DNA from: Octopus bimaculoides
Taxonomy: Eukaryota
Length of the DNA: 64,000 nucleotides
Reading direction: 5' to 3'
Assembly (NCBI RefSeq): GCF_001194135.2
Contig: NC_069005.1
Location: 32,891,573-32,955,572 of the forward strand
Below, piece after piece: positions 62,608 to 64,000 of this stretch (positions within the stretch are counted from its first letter, which is position 1; every line of letters begins with the position of its first letter). A model generated the notes under the pieces. The model was not told the origin of the DNA and ran no database searches. It saw nothing but the letters and a program-made list of their open reading frames with translations. A program made the translations under genes and the position numbers.

Positions 62608-62726
62608 TCATCATCATCATCGTCATCATCATTTAACGTCCACTTTCCATGCTGGCATGGGTTGGACAGTTTGACTGAAAACTGATGGTGGGGAGGCGTT
62701 GACACCAGATTCCGATCTGATTTGAC
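62608..62726 (-). mobile_element. Family A repeat 3' part, reverse orientation
   Basis: (tca)n-tttaacgtccactttccatgctggcatgggttggacagtttgactg is the reverse complement of the 59880-59997 tail. Confidence 0.85.
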
Positions 62727-64000
62727 TATGAATCAACTTGCACTGCTGTTGGGAGGTGTGCATGCATGCATTTAGTAGACAACAAGGACCAAATCCCTTG
62801 TTCCCAAGCTATTCCAATGGTGAGAGGGACAAAAGAATATCTGTGCTACCTGGACAGAATAAATACCAGGAAGCATTTCTGTTTGAATGCACCAGTTTAT
62901 TAGTTTCCTTTCTCATCTTTACAGCCATCTGTTTGTTGGCAGATTGAACATCAAATACTAATATATTTTTAAGTTGTTAGATTTCGTTTGGTTATTTTGT
63001 TTTGCTTGATCGGTAAGGAAACACTCAAGCAAGAAAAAGCAAACGAAGGAACATTATTAAAACATAATTATAATGGAAACTGGCTGAGACAGTGTGAAAC
63101 AATAACTGCAGTTTGTTATGAACAATAATGAATAGGCAGCGAGATAATCAAAGAAACACAAGCATTACCAAGAGTTCAGCAGTCACTCCAAGAAACCAAA
63201 ATGCAACTTCAAATTGCTTTGGAAGACTGCATGTATGTTTGTGGGAAATGTGTATATACACAGATGCATGTGAACAAATGTATAACTCAGATATGTCTAC
63301 ACACAACTGTGCACACAATCGCTTTGTTGTTGTTGTTGTTAACATTACTGACAATGCTTCTCTCTCTCTCTCTCTCTGTGGATTGTAAAACATTGATGCA
63401 ATGTGATGAAGGCATTTTGCTAACGTTATAGGTATTTCTAATCATCGCCTGCAGTTTTCCACTGAATGATGGAAGGAAAAGTGAAGCAGGTGCAACTAGG
63501 GATGTATTGAAAATAATAATGGAAAATTTAAATTTCAGCAAAGAAAGGTGGGGGAAAGGGGGGGGGGGTTTAGTTTGAAATCATAGAAACATAATCAAGT
63601 GTGCTTTGTTGCTTTACCACATTCTAAGAGCAGAGGATTATTTAATTAGCACCTCAAAAAAAAAAAAAATGGTAGAATATGGTTGGCTACTTATTTAGTA
63701 ACAAAGATTGCAGTTCAAAGACTCACATAGATGTAGCAGCTGAAAACTAACAAGGGCATGCATGCATTTGTGAAAGCCAGCCAACTTGCCACCACCACCA
63801 CCACCACCACCACACCCACTTACATCACAGCCCTACCACCACCACCACCACTGCCGCCATCATCAACCTATTTCTTTACACAATTATTTGAAGTGCTCTG
63901 CTTTCTGATCTTACTCCTCTCACACCTTGGCATCCCTAGTTATTGGAATGCTGTGTTAGAAGGGAAATAACTTTATATTGCATGACCTCAGTACACCAAT

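Noticed and set aside
62212-64000. Search for the upstream MED13 exon (GLSYECRTLLFKA-like)
   Set aside because: No matching translation found; the 5' exons and promoter lie outside the window.

Overview
AT-rich, microsatellite- and SINE/MITE-dense animal genomic DNA with six N-gaps. The repeat families look like those of octopus, so a coleoid cephalopod is inferred. Almost the whole window is one minus-strand gene, MED13 (Mediator kinase-module subunit 13, skuld/TRAP240 family). I traced 28 coding exons by hand from 62211 down to the TGA at 4539-4541. All have GT-AG boundaries with matching phases and total 6298 nt (1 + 2099 codons including the stop). The N-terminal ~130 aa must lie beyond position 64000. 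Introns carry RTE-type LINE remnants, tRNA-derived SINEs, TTAA-flanked (piggyBac-like) and hAT-like MITEs, a mariner remnant and a Penelope-type fragment. Best second-look items: (1) a minimal type I hammerhead ribozyme motif (9276-9321) of the Penelope-associated dimerising kind, antisense in an intron; (2) a leaky UGA-C stop followed in frame by HSIGRRRKKRRKKKMKKL, a possible readthrough NLS; (3) several inverted-repeat hairpins, some with A-C mismatches on the pre-mRNA strand (candidate ADAR substrates), and one inverted pair placed to circularise three exons; (4) consensus splice donors whose use would give unproductive transcripts. There is no CRISPR array, rRNA or true tRNA. I found no wholly new multi-gene system; the findings are hypotheses about RNA-level regulation of one gene.
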